A DNA stretch of 64,000 nucleotides from Roseibacillus sp. (GCA_051251855.1 JBPOGI010000001.1:448001-512000); one strand, 5' to 3'. Positions 39,701 through 48,833 are shown, counted from the first letter of the stretch. Notes: generated by a model from the sequence alone, not told the origin. Numbers and translations: made by a program.

Positions 39701-39880
39701 CCTCTTGGGCTCGCTCTTTTTCATCAAGAAAAGTATCAGGAATCATTGGAGCCTTTGCAGGCCGCAATCGATATGAAGTTCTTGGACTGGGAGTTAGCTT
39801 TGGACTTGGAGCCTTTGTTGATTGAAGCAAAGAAGAAAAGTAAAGAGCAGCAGGAGATCTTGGAGTCTGTGACTCCCTAA
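33797..39880 (+). CDS. Large exported DUF3857/transglutaminase-like protein with TPR-like repeats
   Basis: 2027 aa; signal peptide; IRY.GLEFG, GDCKDKA, FNHAI and CDAT (Cys-His-Asp triad); helical-repeat C-terminal two-thirds. Confidence 0.85.
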   Translation: MKVYLTFVLWVLSLSDIWAAREGLSRDAPEIYTEQLEALLTPVEEVLGWENSFLEGEDSDGTVLLSERVTWVNDDGRCVDVLHAIYQAHTDAGGSQLESDSIRFSALLEKPTLVLARTLNKDGKWIEVGEKEAFLQRGRGDSESQIYDDSEEVVLIFPEVEAGAITQSIVVLEDKSARVEGEYFAIGSWEAGWPYLMRRRVLDLSETMAERLQEKVVGRGVPRRVRLDAPEGRWRAQWEKKNRERAFWERSRAPSTQIGPASFLTTWESWDDLSRWYSKKLEKNSGLGAELLQEVETWVGEETDKEKIANILLERVSLEIRYTGLEFGHSGWEPYSCDTVWKRKFGDCKDKANLLVQLLGKYDIEARLVLVNTRHAGLVNRKSPSCYEFNHAILAIKDGDEWQFCDATIPGARVGELSPSSSDREVYLVGESGGEWARTPRGEVPQLDYKFETEFDSEGRLSGWLELRATGFYELSYRDDYRERSRISSKRALTSKLQNFFEGVEVVDVEFPEEEGAFVIKAFFTGQPVEPDTQGRRSLPFPTSTSLFVDFGEADTRETDFFLWRDNIDVECRISLADGLAVEGLPQPISLLSEGYRVEAGWRMTECGCQAELTVSCGKSLLTPDELLAAAQANRAFSNWSESPVFVKEGKAGKVQEMKESGPGMPLLSSGEAQLELVEQWFPLGADAARRRSALRDVLRFFPQDKEVAFDVKLRLAYLDYYEDKYLEAAQQYEALSGSSNASKENIGFAKYMLATTQKELAQHEEALGTMKVLAEQKDLSEYRRGWSAAWAGEWLLPDEPGEAERYFRMALAIEGDFREVALQGIVSALVKREERSKLAKVLIEELPEQDEILEEEFALVLETSQGAKEAKVLEEALVLALEELEEDDSRRTLFESHRKELADSLGKRELVEALHKSLKTLLETEKPEYFRRVQIDGDLKTQADFEKEMGELYNVKHDQWLAHAAEYVHRFEANESFPEFLWRLLGYINWLENPGNEKEEFFEKMMLITDQIPHSDGNYWESQFVKATWLEERTRYEEANEVYSLMPGDPDFDQDFSSSAANRQGLVLEKMGRWSEAVVCFRRTEDERRTVLEVVNHLVRAGVLLVHLDRADEALEVFGLLRDVPVSLYEEEYIESQVKEAITLSESPEESKKFWEQTRGAWAEGLGKGSELNLQEPFGAIILTGDELTNFDEEFPKALKDKDKEKQDGMTAGLYAVASIFPSQVQTMTTLVYTYLKPNEPQGEMGPEKALKKFAEIVLEAPTDQAVREFCLRLCGGLSIDLGEKEEAFNLLARCVDEINESSSREHRERAVYLYLLSALRAEKKSEDVIARVNEITSEEMLHIGRFTLVQNAAQLINQSEGTEEALDFVMKQMKVRAGDATSEVLEQLEAYAAELKEGELAKREIEEAMNEWISALELSWFEYVEPREVGDAELDEARSFFRTGETDRHDLEQFKLMVGVVLSPDVEEELAGNALEHCFFAQKVWTLSDKFYFERLIDAVYDERFPTAVRSQLYFSAVVGTSLIGEAQLFEVLKEKPVWGGEATAQGKELLENFALVAQAKEEGGIDRVLECLRKIGKEGDFLAMDITFLSNFVKFLFREGETEVIAKLLKESKEWKVAGGASAEMQKERLEWSRSLRRVAPYLDLNEQLKEQLSGLLEGYQKDAPEDWFERFDLYLNDDWTLQEKRGIQAARVSDEGWTRSRQDGRLWFLETDTWVEDEEGEVREEELLEAIKTVLEWSQDFEGAFPLLSLLDHELSEPAEAKLAEMLEPFDDPRETPEIYAVKRLWEAKNRDEIVKHRLSGLQSAANETAIFQGFVDYVTLLFTIENANARESERVLDEMDSERLLSSELLPLSLHLFQSLGTREVELEIATERAAAEIHASVLNSWQHLELYELKQACELAIMSDAGKQLPVEWAESNRKRIPEDEDRLTFEVLYALAKKNWSDLEQFCSELDKLNSGFYSTAPLGLALFHQEKYQESLEPLQAAIDMKFLDWELALDLEPLLIEAKKKSKEQQEILESVTP

Positions 39881-40785
39881 GCGCTGGAACGTGTCCAAGG
39901 ATTGAATTCGTTGGGGAAGGGGGCGGTGAAGAGAACTTTTTCGTCTGTGGTGGGGTGGGTGAAGCCGAGTTGTCTTGCATGGAGCATGAGGCGGTCGGTG
40001 TCGGGAAGAGATTTACTAGATTTTCCGTAGATGGGGTCGCAGAGGATGGGGGCGCCGACGTGTTTGAGGTGGACGCGGATTTGGTGGGTGCGGCCGGTGT
40101 GAAGGGTGCATTTGACGAGGCAGGTGCCATCGCCTTGTTGGGAGAGGACTTCGTAGTCGGTGATGGCGGCTTTTCCGGAGCCGGGGGCGACGACGGCCAT
40201 TTGCTGGCGGTTGACGGGGTGGCGGCCGATGTTGGTGAAGATGGTGTCGGCGTCCTTGAGGGGAGGTCGGGCGGTGACGGCGTAGTAGATTTTGGTGGTG
40301 GTTTCGCGTTCAGCAAACTGGGTGAGGAGGGACTTCATGGCGCGATCGGTTTTGGCGACAACGATGCAGCCAGAGGTGTCTTTGTCGAGACGGTGAACGA
40401 TGCCAGGGCGCTCGACTCCATTGATGCCGGCGAGTTGGTCTCCGCAGTGATGGAGAAGGGCGTTGACGAGGGTGCCATCGGGATTGCCTGCGGCGGGGTG
40501 AACCACCATGCCGTGCGCTTTGTTGAGGATGATGAGGTCTTCGTCTTCGTGCAGGATGTCGAGAGGGATGTCCTGCGGAATGAGTTCGAGGGCGACGGGT
40601 TCGGGGATGGTGACGCTGATGAGGTCACCCGGGTTGAGGGCTTGTTTGGGTTTGGCGGGGCGCTCGTTGACGAGGATGTGGCCTTCTTTGACGAGGGCCT
40701 GCAGGCGCGAGCGCGAGTGTTCCTTGAGCTGGGAGGCAAGGTAGGCGTCGAGGCGGGGGTGCGGGCTGTCGATTTCGAGGGTCAT
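39877..40785 (-). CDS. rluD: RluA-family pseudouridine synthase with S4 domain (RluD-like)
   Basis: RLDAYL S4 domain, RPGIVHRLDKDTSG, TGRTHQIRVH and MLHA. Confidence 0.85.
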   Translation of the reverse strand: MTLEIDSPHPRLDAYLASQLKEHSRSRLQALVKEGHILVNERPAKPKQALNPGDLISVTIPEPVALELIPQDIPLDILHEDEDLIILNKAHGMVVHPAAGNPDGTLVNALLHHCGDQLAGINGVERPGIVHRLDKDTSGCIVVAKTDRAMKSLLTQFAERETTTKIYYAVTARPPLKDADTIFTNIGRHPVNRQQMAVVAPGSGKAAITDYEVLSQQGDGTCLVKCTLHTGRTHQIRVHLKHVGAPILCDPIYGKSSKSLPDTDRLMLHARQLGFTHPTTDEKVLFTAPFPNEFNPWTRSSA

Positions 40786-40805
40786 TCGGTGACTGGATTT
40801 TGAAC

Positions 40806-40829
40806 CACGAAGGGCACGAAGGACACGAA
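40806..40829. repeat. 9-nt-period CACGAA triplet repeat
   Basis: CACGAA at 40806, 40815 and 40824; similar arrays at 41650-41673 and 41717-41740. Confidence 0.6.
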
Positions 40830-40881
40830 ATTTTCGTAATGGAAGAGAGGTGACTTATTATAAGTCTCCCCCTGCTCACGA

Positions 40882-41235
40882 TTATTCAGACCAGACTGCG
40901 AATTCGTTGCCGGATGGTTCGGTGAAGTGGAAGCGGCGGCCGCCGGGGAAGGAGAAGATCTCTTGGATGATGGTCCCGCCAGCAGTGATCACTTTTTGTT
41001 GCGTCTCTTCTAAGTTGGCGCTGTAGAAGACGAGCAGGGCGCTGCCGGTTTTGGTGAGAGCGATTTGTTCGGATTTGTAGAAGCCTCCGTCGAGGCCCTC
41101 GTTGCTGAAGGAGCTGTATTCGTCGCCGTAGTTTTTAAAACTCCAGCCAAAGACTTGGCTAAAGAATGCTTTGGTGGCGGGGAGGTCGGTCGAGGGGAAT
41201 TCGACGTAGTTGAGTTTCTCGTGTTGGTTGCTCAT
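40882..41235 (-). CDS. VOC (glyoxalase/bleomycin resistance) family protein
   Basis: LNYVEFP, FF..VFGW and FPGGRRFHFTEPSGNEFAVWS. Confidence 0.92.
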   Translation of the reverse strand: MSNQHEKLNYVEFPSTDLPATKAFFSQVFGWSFKNYGDEYSSFSNEGLDGGFYKSEQIALTKTGSALLVFYSANLEETQQKVITAGGTIIQEIFSFPGGRRFHFTEPSGNEFAVWSE

Positions 41236-41241
41236 GGGTGA

Positions 41242-41574
41242 CTAGCTGGCCTTGGTTTCTTCTTTGTCTCCGTCACGCATGTTCTTTGCTTTGGCAAGAC
41301 GCTCCGCGAAGGCTGGGTCTGTGGGCATGGATTCGGTGTTTTTGGGTGGGAAGAGGTCGCGTTCTAGATTACCGAAGAGGTAGTTGGTCAGGAGAAAACC
41401 GAGGCTACCGAAGGCGAGAATGGCGGTGCTGTAGAAGAGCTTGTTGGCGATAGCTTCGGCGATGGATCCCCAGGCGAGGAGGATGCCGGCTCCCGTGGAA
41501 AGGACGATGCAGGCGGTGATGAGGTAGAAGACGACGCCTTTGACGGTCTCGTGCGGGAGGTAGCCTGTTTTCAT
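41242..41574 (-). CDS. Hypothetical two-TM membrane protein
   Basis: Start MKTGYL; two hydrophobic segments. Confidence 0.65.
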   Translation of the reverse strand: MKTGYLPHETVKGVVFYLITACIVLSTGAGILLAWGSIAEAIANKLFYSTAILAFGSLGFLLTNYLFGNLERDLFPPKNTESMPTDPAFAERLAKAKNMRDGDKEETKAS

Positions 41575-41880
41575 AGCACCTAAAAGAATAGATGTTCGTT
41601 TAGAAGAGGTCGAGGTGAAAAGGTGGGATGACGATTCGGGTCTTTTGTCCACGAATCTCACAAACAGCACGAATGGCTTTGTGATTTTTAGGAGGTCAGT
41701 TCGGGAGAGTTTTGACCGCGAAATTTGCGAAAAGAGCGAAACCTATCGCTGTGGTAGCTTTTCGCTGATTGAGGCGCAAATGTGACGGGCTCGTGATAGT
41801 GAGTCTGACTTAAGATACGGACTGGTGGGGCCCTGACTGTGTCGGGGGAACCGAGCTGAAGACTCTCGGTCCGCAGTGCG

Positions 41881-43131
41881 CTAGCGGCGGCGGCGCTTGG
41901 GTGCGGGGGGGCGCTTTTTGCGGACGGGTCTGGAGGGAGAGTCGTCGAGGAGGGCGGTGTAGATGTAGTCGAAGTTTTCGAGTTTCTTGCGTTCGATTTT
42001 GCGACTGATGAAGTTCTCGATGGAGACGGCGTTCTCGAGTTCGTCGGCGGTGAGGATGGTGAAGGCGTCGCCTTCTTTTTCGGCGCGGCCAGTTCTTCCG
42101 ATACGGTGAACGTAGTCTTCGGCGTTTTCGGGGACGCGGTAGTTAATGACGTGGGTGACGCCAGAGACGTCAATACCGCGAGCGGCAACGTCGGTGGCGA
42201 CGAGAATGTTGTAGGTGCTGTCCTTGAAGCCTGCGAGGGCTTTCATGCGGTCCTTTTGGTTGATGTCGGAGTGCATGGCCACCGCTTTGGCGTGGTCGGC
42301 TCCCTTGAGCATGGCGGTGACGGAGTCGGCTTCTTTGCGCGTGCGGGTGAAAATCATCACGGACTCGAAGTCGGTCTGATTGAGGAGAGAGAGGAGAAGC
42401 TCGTCCCGCTGGTCCATGGACACAGGGTAGAAGGCGTGGGAGACGGTAGAGGCCACTTCGCGACGCGCGATTTGGACTTCGGCGGGGTCAGTGAGGCACC
42501 ATTTGGCAAATTGCTCGATGGTGGGTGGCATGGTGGCCGAGAAGAAGAGCGTCTGGCGGTCGGTGGCGGGGTTGGCGGGGCGCTTGCTGTCGGGGTCGGC
42601 TTCCTCGGCGGGGAGTTTCCATGGGCAGAGGTTGACGATCTTGCGGACGATAGGGAGGAAGCCCATATCGAGCATGCGGTCGACCTCGTCGAGGATGAGG
42701 ATTTTGAGTTCGCCGAAGCGCATGGTGCCGCGGAAGAAGTGATCGACGAGACGGCCAGGAGTGGCGACCACGATGTCGGCCTTGGCGATGTCTTCGTCTT
42801 GCTTGCCGTAGCCCACTCCACCGTAGAGGAGGCAAACGTGAAGACCGGTATGCTTGCCGTATTCTTCAAACTGTTCTGCGACTTGATGAGCGAGCTCGCG
42901 GGTGGGCTCGAGGACGAGGATCTGGGGCTTGCCTTTCTTTTCAATGCGGGAGAGGGAAGGCAGAGCGAAGGCGGCTGTCTTTCCGGTTCCGGTTTGGGAG
43001 GCGCCGGTGAGGTCTCCGCCCTTGAGAATGATAGGAATGGCCTGGGCCTGGATCGGAGTGGGATCGGTGTAACCTTTTTCGGTAACAGCGCGCAGGATAG
43101 GTTCGGACAGGCCGAGATCAGCAAAAGACAT
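41881..43131 (-). CDS. DEAD-box RNA helicase (RhlE-like, DEVD variant)
   Basis: Q motif PTPIQ, SQTGTGKT, PTRELA, TPGRL, DEVD, SAT, ARGID and HRIGRTGR. Confidence 0.95.
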   Translation of the reverse strand: MSFADLGLSEPILRAVTEKGYTDPTPIQAQAIPIILKGGDLTGASQTGTGKTAAFALPSLSRIEKKGKPQILVLEPTRELAHQVAEQFEEYGKHTGLHVCLLYGGVGYGKQDEDIAKADIVVATPGRLVDHFFRGTMRFGELKILILDEVDRMLDMGFLPIVRKIVNLCPWKLPAEEADPDSKRPANPATDRQTLFFSATMPPTIEQFAKWCLTDPAEVQIARREVASTVSHAFYPVSMDQRDELLLSLLNQTDFESVMIFTRTRKEADSVTAMLKGADHAKAVAMHSDINQKDRMKALAGFKDSTYNILVATDVAARGIDVSGVTHVINYRVPENAEDYVHRIGRTGRAEKEGDAFTILTADELENAVSIENFISRKIERKKLENFDYIYTALLDDSPSRPVRKKRPPAPKRRRR

Positions 43132-43261
43132 CGCGGATGGGTCTAGTGTGCCAGCGGACAAGAGGCAAGAACCGAAAAAAGGGCTACTTGGTGGGTAAAG
43201 AGACCTTTTCTAGCCGCTGAGGGTCTAAGAGGGCGCTAACAAATGCCCACCCCTCCCTCTT

Positions 43262-43981
43262 TTAGCGTTGGCGGCGGAAGAGTCCCACAAAACCGAAGGC
43301 GATGAGAAGGGCCGAGGAGGGCTCGGGGATGACGTCGATATCGATTTGGAAGTTGTCTGCTTGGATTGCAAACGCTTCTTGTCCAGTCGATACCTCGGCA
43401 AAAGAGGTGAAGCCAAATCCGAAGCTCAATGCGTCGCTCCCTGAAAAATCGCGTCCAGAGGCACCTGCTTCGGTGACCCCAGAAAGGGTGATTGTTTGCC
43501 ACTGGCCGTCGGGAATGAGAGAGATAAAGCCTGCTCCCGCATTGGCAACGGCTCCTCCATTGGAGTCATTAATTGTGAAAAAGAGGGTTTCAATCGGTTC
43601 TGAGGTCCTGATATCAAGGGAAAAGGTGACGCTTTGAATGAATCCTTGAGTCGCAGGATTGTGACTCAGGGAGCTATTTTCGAAGAAGGACTGAACATTG
43701 GTGAAGCCGTCACCGAAGGGATCTCCGAATTCGTCCCGCTGAATATCGTGCTCATGGGTAATGTTTAGGACGGAGTCTGGATTGCCACCACTAGTTGCAA
43801 TGTTTCCAAATGCAGTACTGATGTCATCGGGATTACTTCCCGAATCCGAGCTATTGAAGTTGGAAGCGGAATAGGCGGATCCGGTCATGTCATCGAAGAG
43901 GATGACGTTCTGAGCCGAGAGAGAGGGGATGGCTAAGAATAAGGTGAAGGGGAAGGCTTTTTTGAAATAAGAAGCTTTCAT
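43262..43981 (-). CDS. PEP-CTERM sorting-domain protein
   Basis: Signal peptide; C-terminal IPEPSS, TM helix and RRQR. Confidence 0.92.
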   Translation of the reverse strand: MKASYFKKAFPFTLFLAIPSLSAQNVILFDDMTGSAYSASNFNSSDSGSNPDDISTAFGNIATSGGNPDSVLNITHEHDIQRDEFGDPFGDGFTNVQSFFENSSLSHNPATQGFIQSVTFSLDIRTSEPIETLFFTINDSNGGAVANAGAGFISLIPDGQWQTITLSGVTEAGASGRDFSGSDALSFGFGFTSFAEVSTGQEAFAIQADNFQIDIDVIPEPSSALLIAFGFVGLFRRQR

Positions 43982-44189
43982 GGTGAACTTCTCAGGTTAA
44001 ACCTAAAAAAATCTACTCATGCAAGTTTAGATAGATTGGGATGTTCGGATTAATAAGGAGAAGTGATAATTACTAAAAATTAAGAAACTTCGAGTCCTGG
44101 GAGGGAAGTTTGTGCTCGGGTAGACCTAAAGTTCGAGCTCACGAATTTGGAAAAGGCGGCAATGTATGGTCCTGATTCCCGGCTTCCAC

Positions 44190-44909
44190 TCAGCGACGAC
44201 GGCCGGTCAGCCCCAAGAGGCCGAGGGTGAGGAGGAGGAGCGAGGAAGGCTCGGGGACAGGGGTGATGTTGATTTGGAAGTTATCGGCGCTCATGAGAAA
44301 GTTCGCTGGGCCGTTCGTTACCTCGGCGAAAGAGGTGAAGCCAAAACCGAAAAACAAAGAGTCACTTCCTGCAAAATCACGATCGGTGGCCCCTGCCTGC
44401 GTCACCTCTGAGAGAGTGATACTGTGCCATTCGCCGTCCGAGACGACCGTAATCTCGCCGTTTTTTCCGTCGGCGACTGTGCTCCCACTCGAGTCATTGA
44501 TTGTGAAATAGACGAGATCAAAGGGCTGAGTGGTTTTGATATCGAGAGAAAACGTGATGCTTTGAATAGGTCCTTCCGCAGCAGGGTTGTAACTCAGAGA
44601 GCTGTTGGAGTAAAGGGACTCAAGGTTAGTGAAGCTTGGCCCAACTGGGAAACCAAACTCGTCACGCTGGACATCATGATAATGGTGGGCATTCATGACG
44701 GAATCTGGGTTTCCTCCGCTCGTTTCGACAAGATTGTAGGCGAAGCTGATATCGATGGGATTACTTCCAGTGCTTGATCCGTTTGTTGAAGAGGAGACGT
44801 AGGCGGAGGTGGTCATATCATCGAAGAGGATGACGTCCTGAGCCTGAAGAGAGGAAATCGCTATGAAGGAAACGATGGGGAGCACTCTTGTGAGAAGGGG
44901 GTGTTTCAT
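44190..44909 (-). CDS. PEP-CTERM sorting-domain protein (paralogue)
   Basis: Signal peptide; VPEPSS, TM helix and RRR; colinear with 43262-43981. Confidence 0.92.
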   Translation of the reverse strand: MKHPLLTRVLPIVSFIAISSLQAQDVILFDDMTTSAYVSSSTNGSSTGSNPIDISFAYNLVETSGGNPDSVMNAHHYHDVQRDEFGFPVGPSFTNLESLYSNSSLSYNPAAEGPIQSITFSLDIKTTQPFDLVYFTINDSSGSTVADGKNGEITVVSDGEWHSITLSEVTQAGATDRDFAGSDSLFFGFGFTSFAEVTNGPANFLMSADNFQINITPVPEPSSLLLLTLGLLGLTGRRR

Positions 44910-45005
44910 AGATAACTCCCTGTGTTTAAGCTAAAAAGCAATTTTTATTCAAGATAAGTTAAGTTTTAAGCGTGTCACCGGATTGTTCGTAGGTTTCTGA
45001 ATGAT

Positions 45006-47480
45006 TCATAGGGTCTCGTCTCCACAGAGACTCAATTGCTTGTCAACGAGTCTGAAAGAAAAAATGGCAACAGGCTGAGAGTCGTGGTCGAGGAGGGATT
45101 GGGAGAAGGTCTCTTCGCTGTTGTGGAGGTGCTTGCGATTGCGGGCTTCGGGGTCAAGGCGTAGGTAGCCGTGTGTTTCGAAAAATTCTTGGAAGAGGTC
45201 TTCGAGTTGGACGGAGTCCCATTTCTTTTCTTCGGTGTTGGCGAGTTGGTTAGCTGCATCTTGGTAACGATGTTCGGCGATGGCTTTGAGGAAGGTCCAG
45301 ATGAGTTGATGAGGATTCGGTGGGGGTGGTGTGGAAGCTTTTTCTGACGGACTGGATTCCGTCGGGTTTGGTGGGGCGGATTGCAAATCCGCGCTCCCGA
45401 GTTTTTCCCACTCGTCGAGGAGGGAGGAGTCGGTTTGGCGGACGAGGGTTTCGAGGTGTTCTTCGGCGGCTTCGAGTTCTTCGGTTTTGAGAGCAGGAGG
45501 AACGGTTTGGGAGAGAACTTTGTAGACTTCGGAGAGGTGGCGCAGGAGGATGGCTTCCGATTTTTCGAGTTGGTAGGTTTTGATGTAGTCTTCGAAGCTA
45601 CTATAGGTTTCGTAGATTTCGCGGGCGATGGATTTGGGTCGGATGTTCTCGGCTCCGAGGTAGGGGTGTTCGGCGGCGTAGTCGTTGAAGGTCTGGTAGA
45701 TGAAGTCGGCGCCGGGTTTAGGGTGCTCGATTTTTTCGAGTTCCTCCATGCGTTGGTCGTAGTTGAGGCCGTCCTCCTTCATTTCGGCGACGGCTTCGTT
45801 TTTGGCGCGGCGGATTTGAGCGCGGAGGATTTGGCTGGGGTCTTCGAGGATGGCTTCGATGAGGGAGAGGATGTTGAGGGCGTGCTTGGGGTCTTCGGGA
45901 TCGAGCTTGGGGATGGTGTCTAACAGGTAGAGGCCGAGGGCTTGGTTGAGGGAGAAGTCGTGTTGGAGGTCAATGTTGAGGCGGACTTTTTGCAGGCCTT
46001 CTCGTTCTGCGGGTGGGATGATTTCGAGGATGTTGCCGCGTACGAGGTTGAAGAAGAGTTTGCGCGCTTGTATGCGGTGGCGCTTTTTTTTGGCTTCGGT
46101 TTCGTGGCTGCGTTCGATGAGGTCGCGGAGGGCTTGGCAGCCGTCTTCGGTTTGGCGGGAGAGGACGTGCAGAATGAGAGAGAGGGTAACTTTGAAGGAG
46201 GAGGAGAGGGGTTCGGGCGCTGAGCTTTGCAGTTTATTGAAGGTGTTTTCGTCCCAGTGAACGTAGCCTTTTTCCGGTGGGGTCTTTTTGACGATCTTCT
46301 TCTTTTTGCCGGCGGCGGCTTTGGCTTCGAGTTTGAGGTTCTCAATGATGTGCTCGGGGGCTTGGGTGACCACGTAACCGATGTCGTCAAAGCCACGGCG
46401 GCCAGCGCGCCCGGCGATTTGTTTGAAGTCGCGCACGGGAAGGATGCCGGTGCCTTTGCCGTCGTACTTGCACATTTGGGTGAAGACGACTGTTCGGATG
46501 GGGACGTTGACTCCGACTCCGAGGGTGTCGGTTCCGCAGATAACTTTGAGGAGACCGCGTTGGGTCAGTTTTTCGACGAGGAGGCGGTATTTGGGAAGGA
46601 GGCCGGCGTGGTGAATGCCGACTCCGTGGCGAAGGAAGCGCGCCATTTCTTTGCCGTAGGGTGAGCGGAAGTCGGCGTCGATGAGGGCGGCGGCGATTTC
46701 TTTCTTTTCCTCTTTGGTGCAGAAGTTTTGGGAGAGGAGGTTCTGGGCGGTGTTGGCGGTAGAGAGTTGGGTGAAGTGGACGAGGTAGATAGGAGCGCGG
46801 TTGGCTTCGGCGAGTTCGCCGATTTTTTCCTCGAGGGTAGTGGTGGAGTATTCGAATTCTAACGGGACGGGACGTTGCTCAGATTGGATGAGGGTGGTTT
46901 CGCCGCCGGTGAGGTCGTTGAGTTCCTTGATGAAGAATTCGGGGTCGCCGATGGTAGCGGACATGAGGAGGAAGCGACACTGCGGCAAGGCGAGGAGTGG
47001 AATTTGCCAAGCCCAGCCGCGTGAGTGATCAGAGTAGTAGTGAAACTCGTCGATGATGACGTCGTCGACGGGAGCGAGTTTGCCGTCGCGCAGGGCCATG
47101 TTGGCGAGGATTTCGGCGGTGCAACAGATGATGGGGGCGTCGGGATTGACGGTGGCGTCGCCGGTGACGAGGCCGACGTTCTCGGGGCCAAAGGTTTGGC
47201 AGAGGGACAGGAACTTTTCGTTGGCGAGGGCCTTGATGGGAACGGTGTAGTAGCTGGTGCGTCCGAGGCAAAGCCCACGATAGTGTAGGGCAGCGGCGAC
47301 GAGGGATTTACCGGAGCCAGTGGGGGTGTTGAGGATGACGTTTTTGCCTTCGAAGAGTTCGAGGATGGCGTTCTCTTGGTGGTCGTAGGGTTCAATGCCG
47401 GACTCGATCAGGTAGTTGAGAAAATTTTCGAGAGCTTGCTCGGAAGTGAGAGGAGAGTCGGGTTTGGTAAGAGACGGCAC
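45006..47480 (-). CDS. Ski2/HelY-like DEAH-type helicase with a DUF3516-like C-terminus
   Basis: [36 protein letters not shown] and [10 protein letters not shown]. Confidence 0.9.
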   Translation of the reverse strand: MPSLTKPDSPLTSEQALENFLNYLIESGIEPYDHQENAILELFEGKNVILNTPTGSGKSLVAAALHYRGLCLGRTSYYTVPIKALANEKFLSLCQTFGPENVGLVTGDATVNPDAPIICCTAEILANMALRDGKLAPVDDVIIDEFHYYSDHSRGWAWQIPLLALPQCRFLLMSATIGDPEFFIKELNDLTGGETTLIQSEQRPVPLEFEYSTTTLEEKIGELAEANRAPIYLVHFTQLSTANTAQNLLSQNFCTKEEKKEIAAALIDADFRSPYGKEMARFLRHGVGIHHAGLLPKYRLLVEKLTQRGLLKVICGTDTLGVGVNVPIRTVVFTQMCKYDGKGTGILPVRDFKQIAGRAGRRGFDDIGYVVTQAPEHIIENLKLEAKAAAGKKKKIVKKTPPEKGYVHWDENTFNKLQSSAPEPLSSSFKVTLSLILHVLSRQTEDGCQALRDLIERSHETEAKKKRHRIQARKLFFNLVRGNILEIIPPAEREGLQKVRLNIDLQHDFSLNQALGLYLLDTIPKLDPEDPKHALNILSLIEAILEDPSQILRAQIRRAKNEAVAEMKEDGLNYDQRMEELEKIEHPKPGADFIYQTFNDYAAEHPYLGAENIRPKSIAREIYETYSSFEDYIKTYQLEKSEAILLRHLSEVYKVLSQTVPPALKTEELEAAEEHLETLVRQTDSSLLDEWEKLGSADLQSAPPNPTESSPSEKASTPPPPNPHQLIWTFLKAIAEHRYQDAANQLANTEEKKWDSVQLEDLFQEFFETHGYLRLDPEARNRKHLHNSEETFSQSLLDHDSQPVAIFSFRLVDKQLSLCGDETL

Positions 47481-47575
47481 GGCGGAAGAATGAACGTCCC
47501 GAGCGGAAGGTCCAACCTTGAACGTCGAATTTTCAAGGCTTTATCTCGCAAAGAAGTGAAGCTACCTAGGAGTGG

Positions 47576-48295
47576 ATGAAACAAGTTAGAACTACTTTTG
47601 CGCTGATAATCTTGTTAGCTACTTCCTGCTTTTGTCAGGAGATGCCAAGCTTTCCTTTTGTGGAGGTCGAGGGAGCGGCTGAGCGAGATGTGAAGCCCGA
47701 TGAAGTTCGGATTGATTTTCAGGTGGTTGCTTTCTCGGAAGACTCAGAGACTTCCCTTGAAATGTTAACGTCTTATTCGATGGCGGCGTTGGATGTTCTT
47801 AAAAAATTTGGAGTCAAGGAATCAGCTATCGAGGGCTCAGAGGTTCAAAAATCTGAGGTTCGTAAGACGGAAGACCGGAAAAAGATGGAAGTGCTGGGAT
47901 ACGATTTTTCGCGGAGCTATACCGTTGAGTTTACGGAATTGAAAAACTATCCGGGGATTATGAAAGAGTTGTTCGCGCTCGAAGGGGTCAACGGGTTGTA
48001 TTCGTCTTTCGATGTCAGTGACCGCGAAGCCCTCAAAGTTGAGCTCCTGAGAGAGGCTTGTCAGATAGCGAAAAAGAAGGCCGAAAATCTTGCTGCTGGA
48101 ATGGATGTCAAACTTGGACCGCTTTATGCAATCAATGGGACAGGCCGCGTTTTCGTCTTTAGCCGAGGTGGTCGATTCGAGGGGCTTCCTGCTTTGTATA
48201 GTGTCGGCGGAGAAGCTGATGCTAAGCTCTTTTTCGTCCCAAGCACAGTCGAGGTAAGTTCAACTGTTGGCGCTATCTTTCGACTGGAAGAATAG
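47576..48295 (+). CDS. SIMPL (DUF541) domain protein
   Basis: Signal peptide; VEVEG.AE.DVKPD and A...AKKKAE.LA....VKLG. Confidence 0.85.
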   Translation: MKQVRTTFALIILLATSCFCQEMPSFPFVEVEGAAERDVKPDEVRIDFQVVAFSEDSETSLEMLTSYSMAALDVLKKFGVKESAIEGSEVQKSEVRKTEDRKKMEVLGYDFSRSYTVEFTELKNYPGIMKELFALEGVNGLYSSFDVSDREALKVELLREACQIAKKKAENLAAGMDVKLGPLYAINGTGRVFVFSRGGRFEGLPALYSVGGEADAKLFFVPSTVEVSSTVGAIFRLEE

Positions 48296-48299
48296 TCTT

Positions 48300-48833
48300 T
48301 TACAACTCTTCTTCTTCACCATCCCATTCGCCGTCTTCGTCGGGGGTGGGTGGGAGGAGGTCTTCGCGGAGGAGAAGCATCTCGATGGAGAGGTCTTCGA
48401 GAACGTCGGCCTTCGTTTTGAGGAGGACGTTGGCGAGGGGAACGAGGCGGTCGAGTTCGGCGATGATGGCGTGCACCATGGAGCTGATGATGTCGGCGTC
48501 GTACTTCTCTTTTTCGAAGAGGTTGGTGACACGGAAGACGAGGAGCTTGCGGTCGTAGTCGTATTCGAAGCCGCCGAGGGTGAGCATCTTGTTGGCGCGC
48601 ATCACCAATTCCAAAAAGGCGGAGAGGTGAGATTGAGGAGGCGCGAGGGGAGTCTCGCCGACGATGGCAAGGGCGTTGAGATTGGTGAAGGCCTGCGCGA
48701 GAACGTGAATGCGCGTGTGATGAGCTTCGAACTGGGTCTGAAGAACTTCGCGACCTTCGACGAGGTCGTGGTGCCAGCCGTTTTGGCCAAAGGCTTCGAT
48801 GACGGAGTTGAACTGGATAGAAGGTGCGACCAT
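48300..48833 (-). CDS. YbjN-like domain protein
   Basis: Size and the ELVMRAN..L..GGFE.D....LLVFR pattern. Confidence 0.65.
   Translation of the reverse strand: MVAPSIQFNSVIEAFGQNGWHHDLVEGREVLQTQFEAHHTRIHVLAQAFTNLNALAIVGETPLAPPQSHLSAFLELVMRANKMLTLGGFEYDYDRKLLVFRVTNLFEKEKYDADIISSMVHAIIAELDRLVPLANVLLKTKADVLEDLSIEMLLLREDLLPPTPDEDGEWDGEEEEL

Noticed and set aside
41851..41871. ACCGAG-CTGAAGACT-CTCGGT hairpin (and CTGAAGA at 53411) as a hammerhead ribozyme
   Set aside because: The CUGANGA core is not followed by stem II, GAAA and stem III; this is more likely a simple hairpin or terminator.
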